A DNA stretch of 64,000 nt from Octopus sinensis. Lineage: Eukaryota. This document shows positions 1-12,269 of the stretch, piece after piece. The notes beneath the pieces were generated by a model. The model saw only the letters and a program-made list of their open reading frames with translations, did not search any database and was not told the DNA's origin. The stretch's first letter is position 1. Each line of letters begins with the position of its first letter. The stretch spans positions 97,836,001 to 97,900,000 of the forward strand of contig NC_043003.1 of the NCBI RefSeq assembly GCF_006345805.1, given 5' to 3'. Made by a program: the position numbers and the translations under genes.

Positions 1-28
1 TACTTACCACACAGCCACTCATGCGCCT
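1..28 (-). mobile_element. SINE family B, 5' tip
   Basis: Reverse complement AGGCGCATGAGTGGCTGTGTGGTAAGTA matches the head of full family-B copies (e.g. 32027). Confidence 0.6.
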
Positions 29-508
29 AGGATTCGGTTAAAACAGAAACTGTTATCAAATCATTTAAAAAAATGTGAGATATCAAATTTAGCGGATGGC
101 GTGAGAGATGACATACTGTGGCAGGATAATGTTGATGATGACAACTGTACTGATGGTGATGGTGATGAATTAAAAGAGGATAATACCATAATTGACAAGA
201 CATTAATGTTTATGTCAGATGATGATGATGATGATGATGAGGATAATTTGAAGGCTTTTAAAACGGTAACATGTTTTAATAAAAAAAAATTAATTTTAGT
301 ATCTTTGAAATAAACTTATAAAATTTTATAAATTGTATTAATTTCTTCACATGTATTATTTATTTTACAAAAAAAATATGTGCTACCTTTTTCTTTGGGT
401 GGGGGAGTGGTCTTATCCGACGAATATAAGCATAAACCTGTATTATACCTCAAAAGTTTATAGGTCGACTTATGTGTAGGATCGACTTATACGCCGAAAC
501 ATACGGTA
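29..508 (+). mobile_element. 3' end of a pogo/Tc2-like DNA transposon
   Basis: Translates as IKSFKKCEISNLADGVRDDILW plus an acidic tail, the typical pogo-type transposase C-terminus. Ends in a right TIR (revcomp CCGTATGTTTCGGCGTATAAGTCG) followed by TA at 507-508. Confidence 0.75.
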
Positions 509-579
509 GGTACGTACATAGATACACATAGGTATGGAAGCATGCAAATAAACGAACAATCAAACCTAGAAAAACTGGG

Positions 580-1225
<646 letters not shown>

Positions 1226-1474
1226 CTTCGTTTAATTACATAGTTAATATACGATTATACATTTATGTAATTAATATATAATTACATACTTGATTAAATA
1301 CATAATTAAATATTTACATAATTAAGTATTTAAATGTAATAACATGATTAGGTAATTAACACGTAATGATAGGATTTCATGATTATCATATTAATTACAT
1401 ATTTATATAATTGATACATAGTTACATTAATACATAATTAATCCTTAATTACAATATTTACAAGGAAGTAGTTT

Positions 1475-1685
1475 GACGAGGTGGCAGAATCGTTAGCGCA
1501 CCGGCAAAATACTTATCGGCATTTCGTCCACCTTATGCTCTGAGTTCAAATTCCGCCGAAGTCGACTTTGCATTTCATCCTTTCAGGGTCGATAAAATAA
1601 ATACCAGTTGATCAATGGGGTCGATGTAACCGACTTACCTCTTCTCCGAACTTGCTGGCTTTGTGCCAAAATTTGGAATCAATAT
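1475..1685 (+). mobile_element. tRNA-derived SINE family A (tail 2)
   Basis: TGGCAGAATCGTTAG A-box-like head, GAGTTCAAATTCC B-box, GTCGACTTTGCATTTCATCCTTTC body; more than 10 related copies in the window. Confidence 0.85.
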
Positions 1686-1874
1686 TTACAAAGAAGTATT
1701 CTTAGTCTTGCTCTGAAAGGCTGCTGGTGTTATAAAACCATTACAAAGTGTATCTGAGCCGTCGAGGATGCTTCCACTTTGTCGCTCGACCGGCTTGATA
1801 ATGTAACTAAATCTCTCTCATATTAATGTTTTAAAGGTTAGGAAAAAATTGTAAATTTGTACATTTGTACAAAA

Positions 1875-2008
1875 GGCACAGGCGTGGATGCGTGGGTAAG
1901 AAGTTTGCATCTCCAACATGTGATCATGGGTTGAGTCCTACATGACGGCCCCTCTGGTCTGGTGTCGTTTACTATAGCCTTGTCGACAAAAACTGAAAGA
2001 AGTCTGTC

Positions 2009-2010
<2 letters not shown>
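1875..2010 (+). mobile_element. SINE family B, degraded 5' part
   Basis: Diverged match to the family-B head and the AAACTGAAAGAAG segment. Confidence 0.55.
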
Positions 2011-2056
<46 letters not shown>

Positions 2057-2060
2057 TATA

Positions 2061-2507
2061 TATTGGTGAATTGAAGAAATGGAGCTGAACGAAGATTGAA
2101 CAGAAATCGTTTTATTTCATTCTACACGTGTTTCGAAAGGCACAATTTACCACATTCCGATTGAATAATGAGACCATATTGTGTCTTTCTCTTCAGGAAG
2201 AAATAGGAAATCCGTTGGAAAAAACAAAAACAGAACAGAGGCGGAGCAAAACAAATCGAACTAGGCTCCTAGTGCCTTTCGAAACACGTGTAGAATGAAA
2301 TAAAACGATTTCTGTTCAATCTTTGTTCAGCTCCATTTCTTCAATTCACCAATAATATTAAAATTCAATTATCCGCACCAACGCACGGTCGCAACACCAT
2401 ATGGTTGTACCTCCAACCGTGCTGTCTTCTGCTGTGATTTTTGCTACCAAGGTATCGGTTAAACTTTTGATTAATCTGCCACGAGATTATTCATCTTTCT
2501 ATTTCAC
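2061..2507. mobile_element. Penelope-like pseudo-LTR remnant (second family) with an internal inverted repeat
   Basis: About 83-bp inverted repeat (2061-2143 vs 2272-2354, one mismatch), a hammerhead on the minus strand, and (TA)n on both sides. Confidence 0.65.
2114..2204 (-). ncRNA. Type I hammerhead ribozyme motif
   Basis: Minus strand reads ATTTCTTC-CTGAAGA-GAAAGACACAAT...ATTGTGCCTTTC-GAA-ACACGTGT-A-GAATGAAAT: canonical core, 12-bp stem II with one mismatch, palindromic stem III, GUA cleavage triplet, and pairing stem I. Confidence 0.8.
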
Positions 2508-2571
<64 letters not shown>

Positions 2572-2602
2572 GGAAAAAAAGCAACAAGAATGGATCAATA
2601 TA

Positions 2603-2687
2603 TCGGTACAATTGTTTCGTACGAAGGCATCTTTAATAAGGCTACAAAAATTGCAGTAAATATAGGTGGCTCGTACTCATCAGCCGA
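2603..2687 (-). ncRNA. Type I hammerhead ribozyme motif (inverted 5' copy)
   Basis: Reverse complement of 7074-7158 with core and stems intact; one substitution inside the stem II insert. Confidence 0.85.
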
Positions 2688-3149
2688 AAAAACATCCGAG
2701 AGTCCCAAACATCAAAGGGGGTAATGTTACACTCGTGAAACATCATGGAAAGTTCTATAAAAATGAGAATTTAGATAACAAATTGGTTTCTAAGAGTTCA
2801 ATTAGTATTACACAGTCATATATCAGGTTTTTAAAAAGTTTTTTCATAACATCTTAGTTTTTCAGAAAGTGAAGATAAAAGTGAGGGTGTGAGTTTATCC
2901 GTATTGAAGAAAGTTTGATTCCTGGAGATCTGATGAGAGGTATCGTACTCACAGAATATGTGTTTTTTTTTCCTATTTGTAATCACCCCACTTTGTCGTA
3001 TGGTTAACACCATATAGATTTCTGGTGCATCCAAGTTAAGTACCATATTCATGTAAATTCAATAGAACTCACTTGAATCTTAATTGCTTAAACCGAATAT
3101 ATTCCCATACTGTCTGTATGTTTTTCCGGTACTTAACTTCTCAGCAAGA

Positions 3150-6100
3150 ATGGAAAAAATAAACATCGAATTTTCCCCTAAAGACATCCCCCTCCACAGT
3201 AAGGATGAATATTATTGGCTACTTATTCATAGGATAAATGACTTCATTAGAAGAATTAGATGGAGAACATATCACTTCGATATCAAGCAGAAAAAGAATA
3301 CTCAAGTAAGGAATACTGATAAGAATTTCGACAGAATATTTAGAAGCAGAAAGAGTCCACCTCCGAACGCACTACTAGAAAATTTTGAAAAGGATCTACT
3401 AAACCTCATAGAAGGGATTAAGTTCAAGGAACACCCGTTAAGGTACAACCACCACCTCAAGCATCTCAGTAAATTTATCAAATCGACCCGGAACAAGCAA
3501 GGAATACTAGTACCAGCTGATAAAACTGGTAATCTTTATAGAGTAGACTATACACTCTACAGCAATCTAATTAAGAAGGAGCTTAACTCCAAATACAAAA
3601 CTACTACTAAGAGAAACTTAAAAGAAACAAACCTAGAAATGAAAGCTATTATGGAGAGATATGATCTAACAGACAGAACTGAACCGATTGTACCGTGCGA
3701 ACCTAGGATTAATCTCAAGGACCACAAAAGGAATTTCTTAGAAAACCCGTCGGTAAGGCTTATTTGTCCAACTAAGTCGGATATTGGCCGACTTAGTAAA
3801 TCTATCCTTGATAATGTTTTACCCCAAATAACCCCACTTCTTCCCTCAAGCCTATAGATAAATACCGATGAGGTACTTAAATGGTTTAACTCCCTAACTA
3901 ATACCAATAATCTAGCCTTCATCCAATTCGACACAAACAACTATTACTCTAGCATTTCCCCTATTCTACTAAATAAATCGCTTATATTCGCGATGAATCG
4001 CTCCCTCATATCTAGAGAAGAAATAGACATTGTACTTTTAGCTAGAAAAACATTTATTGAGTTTGAGGGAAAATTATGGACCAGAGCGTATACCCCTAAT
4101 AATTTCGATATTCCTATGGGCTCCAGTGATTCGGCTGAGGTGACCAACTTAGTCGGAGCATATCTACTAAAATGCATAAAAAATGAGATCCCTGAATTGC
4201 AAGGTGGTTTATATAGAGATGATGCTTTGTTTATTGTCCATAATAATAATAAATCAAACATAGAAAGAATCAAAAAGAAAATTAATAGGTTTTTTAAAGA
4301 TTTCAACCTTAGCATAACCTATGAACCAGGCATTAAAATAGTCAATTTTCTAGATATTACATTAGACCTTAACTCTAAACTACATTACCCATTTAGAAAA
4401 GAAGGTGAAATCACTAGTTACGTAAGTAAATTATCTAATCATCCCCCAAATATTATTAATTCTTTAGTTAGAAATATTTCCATAAGAATATCCAAATTAT
4501 CGTCTAATTTTGATATATTTAACTCACACTCAGAGCATTATAATGAGGCGTTATCTAGAGCAGGATATAACCAAAAAATTACATTTATTGATAAAGAAAA
4601 CTTACAAACTCATAATAATTTAAATAACAATAACCACGTAAACAACAAAAACGATCAAGCCGAAAAGATACGTAGAGGTAGATTTAATACAACATCTAAT
4701 CGAAATAGTAATAAGAACAAGGATAATTGCATAGACCATAACATGGATAGCCCTGATAAGATAATTTTAGATAAAATTAAGAAGCATACAATTAGTAACG
4801 TAGACAACAATAGGGATCAAGCCAGAAATAATAGTAGAAGTAGATTTACAACGGCAAAATATCCTAATGAAATTAAGAATAATAATAAGAACATAGTACT
4901 GAACACATGTAATACGGTTAAAATAAACTTTGATAAAACTAAGAAACATGCAAATAGGAGCATTAATAAATACAAAGAATCTGGTGAAAGTAAGAACGAT
5001 TCAAATAACCCCAACTCTAATTCTAAGAAATTTAATAAGAAAGACATAGTATGGCTAAACATCCCTTTCAACTGTGCGGTTTTATCAGATATTCAGAGTA
5101 GATTCAAAACAATTCTAGAAAAGAATTTCCCATCCTCTCATAGATATCATAAAATTATTTCTAAAAAAACGGTCAGAATTTCTTATTCAACCCTCCCAAA
5201 TATGTCTACTTTAATAGCCAAGATCAATAATAATAATAACATAAAACTAGCCAGGAAAAATTTAAACAATAGCAATAAAAATACAAATGAAAATTGTAAC
5301 AACATTACTGAAAGTAATAATAGCAACAATGATAATAATGAATATCATATAATAAGTATAACCAATAGCTATAGAATTGCTAATAATAATAATAACACAA
5401 ATAGGAATAATTATGTTAATAATACGAATAATACCAAGAATGAAAGTACCGTGAATGAAGACAACAATGTTATCTGCAATAACACTACACATTTAGAAAC
5501 CAATACCGACAACAATACTAACAGCATCAACAATATTAATAATGAAAGAAAGGTTATAGAACCAAATGATAGTGTAAGAATACCGATAAATGATAATACT
5601 ACTTTAGATAATAACATTAACTGCAATAATGATAACATTATTTTAGATAACAGCAATAACCAAAATTATGAAAAATATACTCGTATTGTTTCGAGTAACA
5701 GTAGTATGATACTTCTATCCTCGAATTATTCCACATCAAATTATAATCCCCCTAGATGTAACTGCAGAATTAAATCAAAATGCCCGGCGCCTGGTTTATG
5801 CGGGTTAAATAACATAATCTACAAATGCTCCATAACCACAGATAATAACAAATATACTTATTTAGGATGTACTGTAAATTTTAGAAAAAGAATTAGTAAT
5901 CATTTATCCTCTTTCAGATTACGTCATAAAGCTGATAGCACCACTCTTTCTAGTAAAATTTGGGAACTAAAAAACAATAATATCAAATATAACCTTAATT
6001 GGGAATTAATTAGAAGAGCGATACCCTATAAAAATAGCAGAGTAGGTTGTCAACTTTGCTCCATGGAAACATTTGAAATACTAATGTATAGAAAAAATAA

Positions 6101-6197
6101 TGGTATTTTATTGAACAGCAGGATTGAACTGGGTCTCTCTTGTATCCACGCTAGGACTAAGACTCTTAAATACTCTCTCTCTAACTGTACTAGGTGA
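3150..6197 (+). pseudogene. Neptune PLE polyprotein (RT + GIY-YIG endonuclease), about 1015 codons with one in-frame TAG at 3855-3857
   Basis: ORFs 3084-3857 and 3993-6197 are in the same frame. Motifs: PADKTGNLY, LKDHK.NF..NP..RLI.P.KSDIGRLSK, FIQFD...YYSSIS, FDIPMGSSDSAE, LYRDD, HPPNII, CNCR.K..CP..G.C, IIY...YLGCT..FRKR..NH, C.LC..E, LLNSR.EL..SC.H. The stop sits where Neptune elements have Trp (QW.NT..V..WF). Confidence 0.92.
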
Positions 6198-7073
6198 TAC
6201 TTATTGATTTAAGTTAATTGATTTAATTCTTCATTCTATTAGACTATGTAGATAATTTAAATTATTTCTTTCTAATTTTTAGTCTATCTTAAGTAAACCT
6301 ACTTATAGGAAATTAGTTCTTTTACACTAATAACAAATTCTGCTAATCACAAACCTATAATAGAACGGTTTCATTAGGAAAATAACTCCATTTTCTTTTC
6401 TTTTCTTCTGACATCTTATTGTATCCTCATAACCTGGCAATCTATTAATAGTAAGATTAATAAATAAAGAAATAAATTAAATGACCTTCGTTCAAATTTT
6501 GCACCAAATACGCTAAGATGTTTTCCTATAGTAACAACCTTTGACACCCCTTTTCATCTTCCCATTTCTTCTTTATATAGCAATTGATAGCAGTAGTTGG
6601 TCAAATTCTACATTCTTCCTTTAGCTCTGTGGTTCTTGTAGATTTCTATAGCAGCTTTTTCGTCTCCACTATAAGACTGTCGCTACGCTTCTTCCTCGGA
6701 TTATAACACAGCAGTTTTCAGAAATTTCGCACGATTGTATCCAAAATATCTTCACATAGCTTGATTCACACTTTACTATGAACTATATATGGACAAACAC
6801 ATATTCTGTGAGTACGATACCTCTCATCAGATCTCCAGGAATCAAACTTTCTTCAATTCGGATAAACTCACACCCTCACTTTTATCTTCACTTTCTGAAA
6901 AACTAAGATGTTATGAAAAAACTTTTTAAAAACCTGATATATGACTGTGTAATACTAATTGAACTCTTAGAAACCAATTTGTTATCTAAATTCTCATTTT
7001 TATAGAACTTTCCATGATGTTTCACGAGTGTAACATTACCCCCTTTGATGTTTGGGACTCTCGGATGTTTTTT

Positions 7074-7158
7074 TCGGCTGATGAGTACGAGCCACCTATA
7101 TTTACTGCAATTTTTGTAGCCTTATTAAAGATGTCTTCGTACGAAACAATTGTACCGA
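7074..7158 (+). ncRNA. Type I hammerhead ribozyme motif (3' terminal repeat)
   Basis: TCGG-CTGATGA-GTACGA...TCGTAC-GAA-ACAATTGT-A-CCGA: canonical core, stem I TCGG/CCGA, palindromic stem III, predicted cleavage 3' of A7154. Confidence 0.85.
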
Positions 7159-7311
7159 TATATTGATCCATTCTTGTTGCTTTTTTTCTTATTTGTAATC
7201 ACCCCACTTTGTCGTATGGTTAACACCATATAGATTTCTGGTGCATCCAAGTTAAGTATCATATTCATGTGAATTCAATAGAACTCACTTGAATCTTAAT
7301 TGCTTAAACCG

Positions 7312-7795
<484 letters not shown>

Positions 7796-8167
7796 ACTTA
7801 CTGTTAATACAATTCGGTGTGCATTCCTTTACTTAAATGAAATAATTGTATAGTAAATAAACATAACGTACCCTGAGGGTACAACCGGACGGGAAACAGA
7901 CACAGAAGGTCCCTAATTCTTCATCAGTCATCAACCAATTGGTAATGCTCAGTTTCGCACCATTACTGATAAAACCGAGAACTTCCCTTATCGGCGGTGC
8001 CCGCAAAAATTTATATGTATATATGTATGAATTTAGGTACTACAGGGATTTGTACTTGCTGCAAGGAGCACACCTTTTGCAAACCACCATACGGTCACCA
8101 TAACTGTTTAGAAATTCAGTGGTTTCTTTGGAAAATGCTTTCTGTATTTAACCAACGATTAGATCCT

Positions 8168-8169
<2 letters not shown>

Positions 8170-8199
<30 letters not shown>

Positions 8200-8218
8200 G
8201 TTGTTGTTGTTGTTGTTG

Positions 8219-8256
<38 letters not shown>
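8170..8256. repeat. (ATT)n/(GTT)n microsatellite
   Basis: Direct reading; 3' flank of the Dong-like element. Confidence 0.95.
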
Positions 8257-9905
8257 GTCATTTACTTTTAATCTGCATGTTTGATGCAATCACTTGCCGG
8301 GGCACAACCAGCGCCCTTGGGCAAGTGAAGGTTAAGAGTTGTTGAAATATAGCTGAAAGCTTGAGGAATGGAAGTAGAGAAATATCTCCATGTAGTACAA
8401 ACACAAACATTTACATTGATAGGGTTTTTCTAAGGATGTGGGCAGTACTTGTTAGCACAATCTTTTGGATTTCCTTGAGACATGGTTCTCCAGGGATATT
8501 GTCTAGGTGTTTCTGACATCCCTTTTTTATCATACCTAGGGCACCTACAATAACAGGAACAGGTTTTGTTTTAAGATTCCACATCTTTTGTATTTCGATT
8601 TCCAGGTCCTTATATTTACTAAGTTTGTCAAATTCCTTTACAGATACATTTTTATCAGTGGGGACGCTTACCTCTATTAGTCTGCAGGTATTTTCTTCCA
8701 TGTCTTTAACAATTATGTCTGGTCGATTAGCCTTGATCGTTCTGTCAGTGTTGACTGGAAAATCCCAGAGGATGGTGACATTTTTACCTTCAACAACTGG
8801 CTGAGGATGGTGTTCATACCAGTTAGCAGGAGTGCCGAATTTGTAGTGTTTACATATCTTCCAATGTATATACTGTCCTACCCTATCGTGGCGATTTTTG
8901 TATTCGTTTGGTGTTAGCACAGGACATCCCGAAACGAGATGGTCTATTGTTTCGTCAAATGTGTCGCAGAATCTGCATTTAGGGTCAGTACCGTTTCGGA
9001 GAACGTTAGCCTGGTAATTTCTGGTAAACAAGCTTTGATCTTGTGCTGCCAGTATGAAGCCTTCAGTCTCTGCTTTCAATCCAGAACTCTTCAGCCACTG
9101 ATGGGTTGTTGCTTGGTCTACATCAGCATTTTGGCTTCGGAGAATATATTGTCCATGCAGGGGTTTCTGGCTCCACCGCCTCTCAATTTGATTCTGCCCG
9201 TTCTTTTTTGCAGTCTGCTTGATTCGCTTTGCTTGCTTGGTAGCAGTGGTTTCCGGCTCTTCATCTGATTCAAGGTTAATGTCTAGTTCCCTTTCGAACT
9301 TATAAGCTTTTTGCTGCTTTCGTGTTTGCACACAAGTCGCAGCATCCAGTCCTTTGTACTAGCTAGGTACCTGTTCATTCCTACAGTAGAGGTCTTATAG
9401 CACAGCTCTAATTGCATCATTCCTCTCCCCCCGTTGCTTCTAGGTAGGTACAGGCGGTCTACATCTGCCTTAGGGTGGTGCATGCTCTTGGATGTCAGTA
9501 ATTTTCTTGTCTTCCTGTCCAAGCGTTGGAGTTCCGTAAGGTTCCAGTTAATGATGTTAAAACTGTACTGGACTACTGGAAGTGCCAGGGTGTTAATGGC
9601 CTCAATGCAATTTTTGGAGTTGAGTTCAGTCTTCGTACAAGCCTTATTCTCCTATAGTATTCCTTTCTTATTTTTCCTTCATAGTAGCATGATGTATACC
9701 ATCTCCTTCGTTGATTCCTAGGTATTTGTAACTTTCTTGTGGGTCAAGTTCCTTGATGGTAGTGTCAATATCTAATTTAACAGAAGCTGTTTGCCTGAGC
9801 TTGCCTCTTACAAAAGTTGCTTTAGCACACTTATCAAGGCCAAAATCCATTCCGATATCATTGCTAAACTCTTTAACAGTTGTTAGCAGCCCTTCTAGCT
9901 CTTGG

Positions 9906-9908
<3 letters not shown>
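8257..9908 (-). mobile_element. R4/Dong-clade non-LTR retrotransposon, 5'-truncated
   Basis: RT end (MDFGLDKCAK, YKYLG), RLYLPR.NGGRG, CCHC knuckle (CRFC...ETIDHLVSGC), RHD, and restriction-like endonuclease (RPDI...IEVSVP...K..KY), with one frameshift near 9330; TAA repeats on both sides. Confidence 0.92.
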
Positions 9909-10357
<449 letters not shown>

Positions 10358-11450
10358 CCTTTGCACAGCTTCTAACACTGGAGATGCACTACAGTGTCAG
10401 CTGTTCACTACCAGTGAACTAAGGTAACACCTCTTATTTTTCGATCACCTTCCGGAGTATTCGAGCGGTTCCAAACAGTGCTACTTTCTGCAAGTGCTCC
10501 ACCCTTATTGCAGCTCCTATTTGTTCCATGTACTTCTCGAGATTTTTGCTCAATGTTCCCATGGCTCCGACAATTATTGGTACTACTGCTTCCTTTTTTA
10601 TCGACCACAACTGCTTAACTCCCCAAGCTAACCTGTCATATCTCTCGACTTTTCTTTCTTCCTCATCGCATACCTTGTTGTCAGCTGGGCATGCTATATC
10701 TATGATCCAGCATAGTTTGTTTTATTTCTCAATTAAGACTATGTTCAGCTTCCTATTCTCTATCTCATCGTCGCACCGAATCATAAAATCCCATAGGATC
10801 TTTGTATTTCTATTTTCGATGACGACTTCAGGTTTGTGGTCGTACCAATTTTTTGCTCTGTCAAGTCCATACTTGTTGCAGAGTGTCCAATGGACAAGCA
10901 TGGTTCATGGTCTCAAAAATTTGTCCTACGAAGAAAGGCTGAGGACGCTCGACCTTTATTCTCTTGAAAAACGCCGCCGCCGTAGTGATCTCATTCTCGC
11001 CCACAACATCATAAGCGGAAAGTGTAACCTCTCGAAAGAGCTGTTCTTCACTCCTGCTCCAGAGCGTCGGCTGCGGGGTCATTCCGAAAAGCTCTACCTG
11101 CGACGATTTCATCTCAATCGAAGGAGAGGAGCTTTCTCCGTCCGGGTTGCGGATCCGTGGAACAAGCTGCCAGACGAGATGGTAAAGATGCCGACGACCG
11201 CTTTGTTCAAAGCCTCCCTGGACCTCAAGTGGCCTGAACTCTTTACATGAACACCACCCTGTACTTAACTCCATGTCCCCCTACATGACCTTGCTATTTG
11301 CTTTTGAGCCAAATTAACTAACTAACTAACTAAGCCTGGCTATATTGTCGTGGCGTCTCTTATATTCCTTCTGGGCTAGTGGCGTACAATAGATGGCAAT
11401 ATGCCATACGGTTTTACCGCTTTGTACACAGATTCTGCGCTTATCACTTT
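10358..11450 (-). mobile_element. R4/Dong-clade 3' fragment (second family), interrupted by a CR1-like LINE
   Basis: Minus strand reads ...PLAQKEYKRRHDNIARL|VHWTLCNKYGL...ILWDF...IIDIACP...KVERY...PIIVGAMGT...KVALFGTARILRK once 10900-11335 is removed. Confidence 0.85.
10900..11331 (+). mobile_element. CR1-like LINE 3' end
   Basis: GLKNLSYEERL..L.L.SLE.RR.R.DLI...RLRGH...R...FS.RV...WNKLP is the CR1-clade C-terminus; (TAAC)n tail; AAGC present at both junctions. Confidence 0.85.
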
Positions 11451-11475
11451 CTTTTTATGTTTCATTTCTTTCATA

Positions 11476-11506
<31 letters not shown>

Positions 11507-11537
11507 AACAACATAATAATAATGTGGAAAAGTGCAG

Positions 11538-11587
<50 letters not shown>

Positions 11588-11670
11588 TTTTTTTTCTTCT
11601 TTCAAATTTGCTTCCATTTCTTGCCGAGTGTCTTCCCGACTCCTAGGGCAAAGAAACTCATAGTATACTC
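11588..11670 (-). mobile_element. R4/Dong 3' UTR tip
   Basis: Nearly identical to 52785-52865, the 3' end of the long Dong-like copy; (ATT)n on both sides. Confidence 0.75.
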
Positions 11671-11674
11671 ATAA

Positions 11675-11751
<77 letters not shown>

Positions 11752-11950
11752 CGTAGTTTTATTTTTATAGCGTGCTTTCACTTCACTACCGAGCGCAGCT
11801 CTGTGTGCCTTGGGTATGTGCTGTGATTTGTTGTGATGCTCTTATGGTTACTGTATTGAAAGTGTTCTGCGTAGGATGTGTGCAGTGCCTAGTAGTGCAA
11901 TTTTGTTATATATTTGTCTGAATATATTTTTATCATGCCTAATGCACCTA
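11752..11950 (-). mobile_element. R4/Dong 3' fragment (further family)
   Basis: Minus strand GALGMIK...KIALLGTAHILRRTLSIQ* plus UTR, between (ATT)n tracts. Confidence 0.75.
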
Positions 11951-11951
11951 C

Positions 11952-12012
<61 letters not shown>

Positions 12013-12269
12013 CATGGCCGCCATACGGTAAATTCACGGAAATTTGGAGTTCAGTAAGTTGAAAAAGTGTTTGTAATCTTTTCGACCTTTCGGGGCGTGT
12101 TTTCCTTTTTATCGTTACCATTGCATTTCTGAAATTGTCCGGACTGCGCAGATAGTATATTTGTGTAGAAACACCCACTGTCTTGCAGGGAGTGCGCATC
12201 AATAATTTTTGAATTTCAACTACTTTCGGCAAAAGCAAATATTTTGCAATTTTCTTTAATTATTTAAAG

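Larger units (their letters stand above)
2571..7311 (+). mobile_element. Penelope-like retroelement, Neptune clade, near full length
   Basis: RT followed by a Cys-rich linker and GIY-YIG endonuclease. 2571-2965 is the reverse complement of 6795-7190 and 2965-3095 directly repeats 7181-7311. Hammerheads in the terminal repeat; (TA)n flanks. Confidence 0.95.

Noticed and set aside
2930-2960. CTGATGA followed by a GAG/CTC hairpin as a further hammerhead
   Set aside because: The hairpin is followed by ACAG, not GAAA; there is no stem III or cleavage triplet.
3084-3149. ORF-track start at 3084
   Set aside because: It is a non-ATG start overlapping the terminal repeat; ATG 3150 (MEKINIEFS) fits the Neptune N-terminus better.
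3855-3857. Selenocysteine or programmed read-through in the PLE ORF
   Set aside because: The codon is TAG, not TGA, and sits at a conserved Trp; a point mutation is the simpler explanation.
7865-7965. Hammerhead-like words (TCATCAG, GTTTCG, GTACCC-TGA-GGGTAC hairpin)
   Set aside because: Order and pairing do not give any of the three hammerhead topologies.
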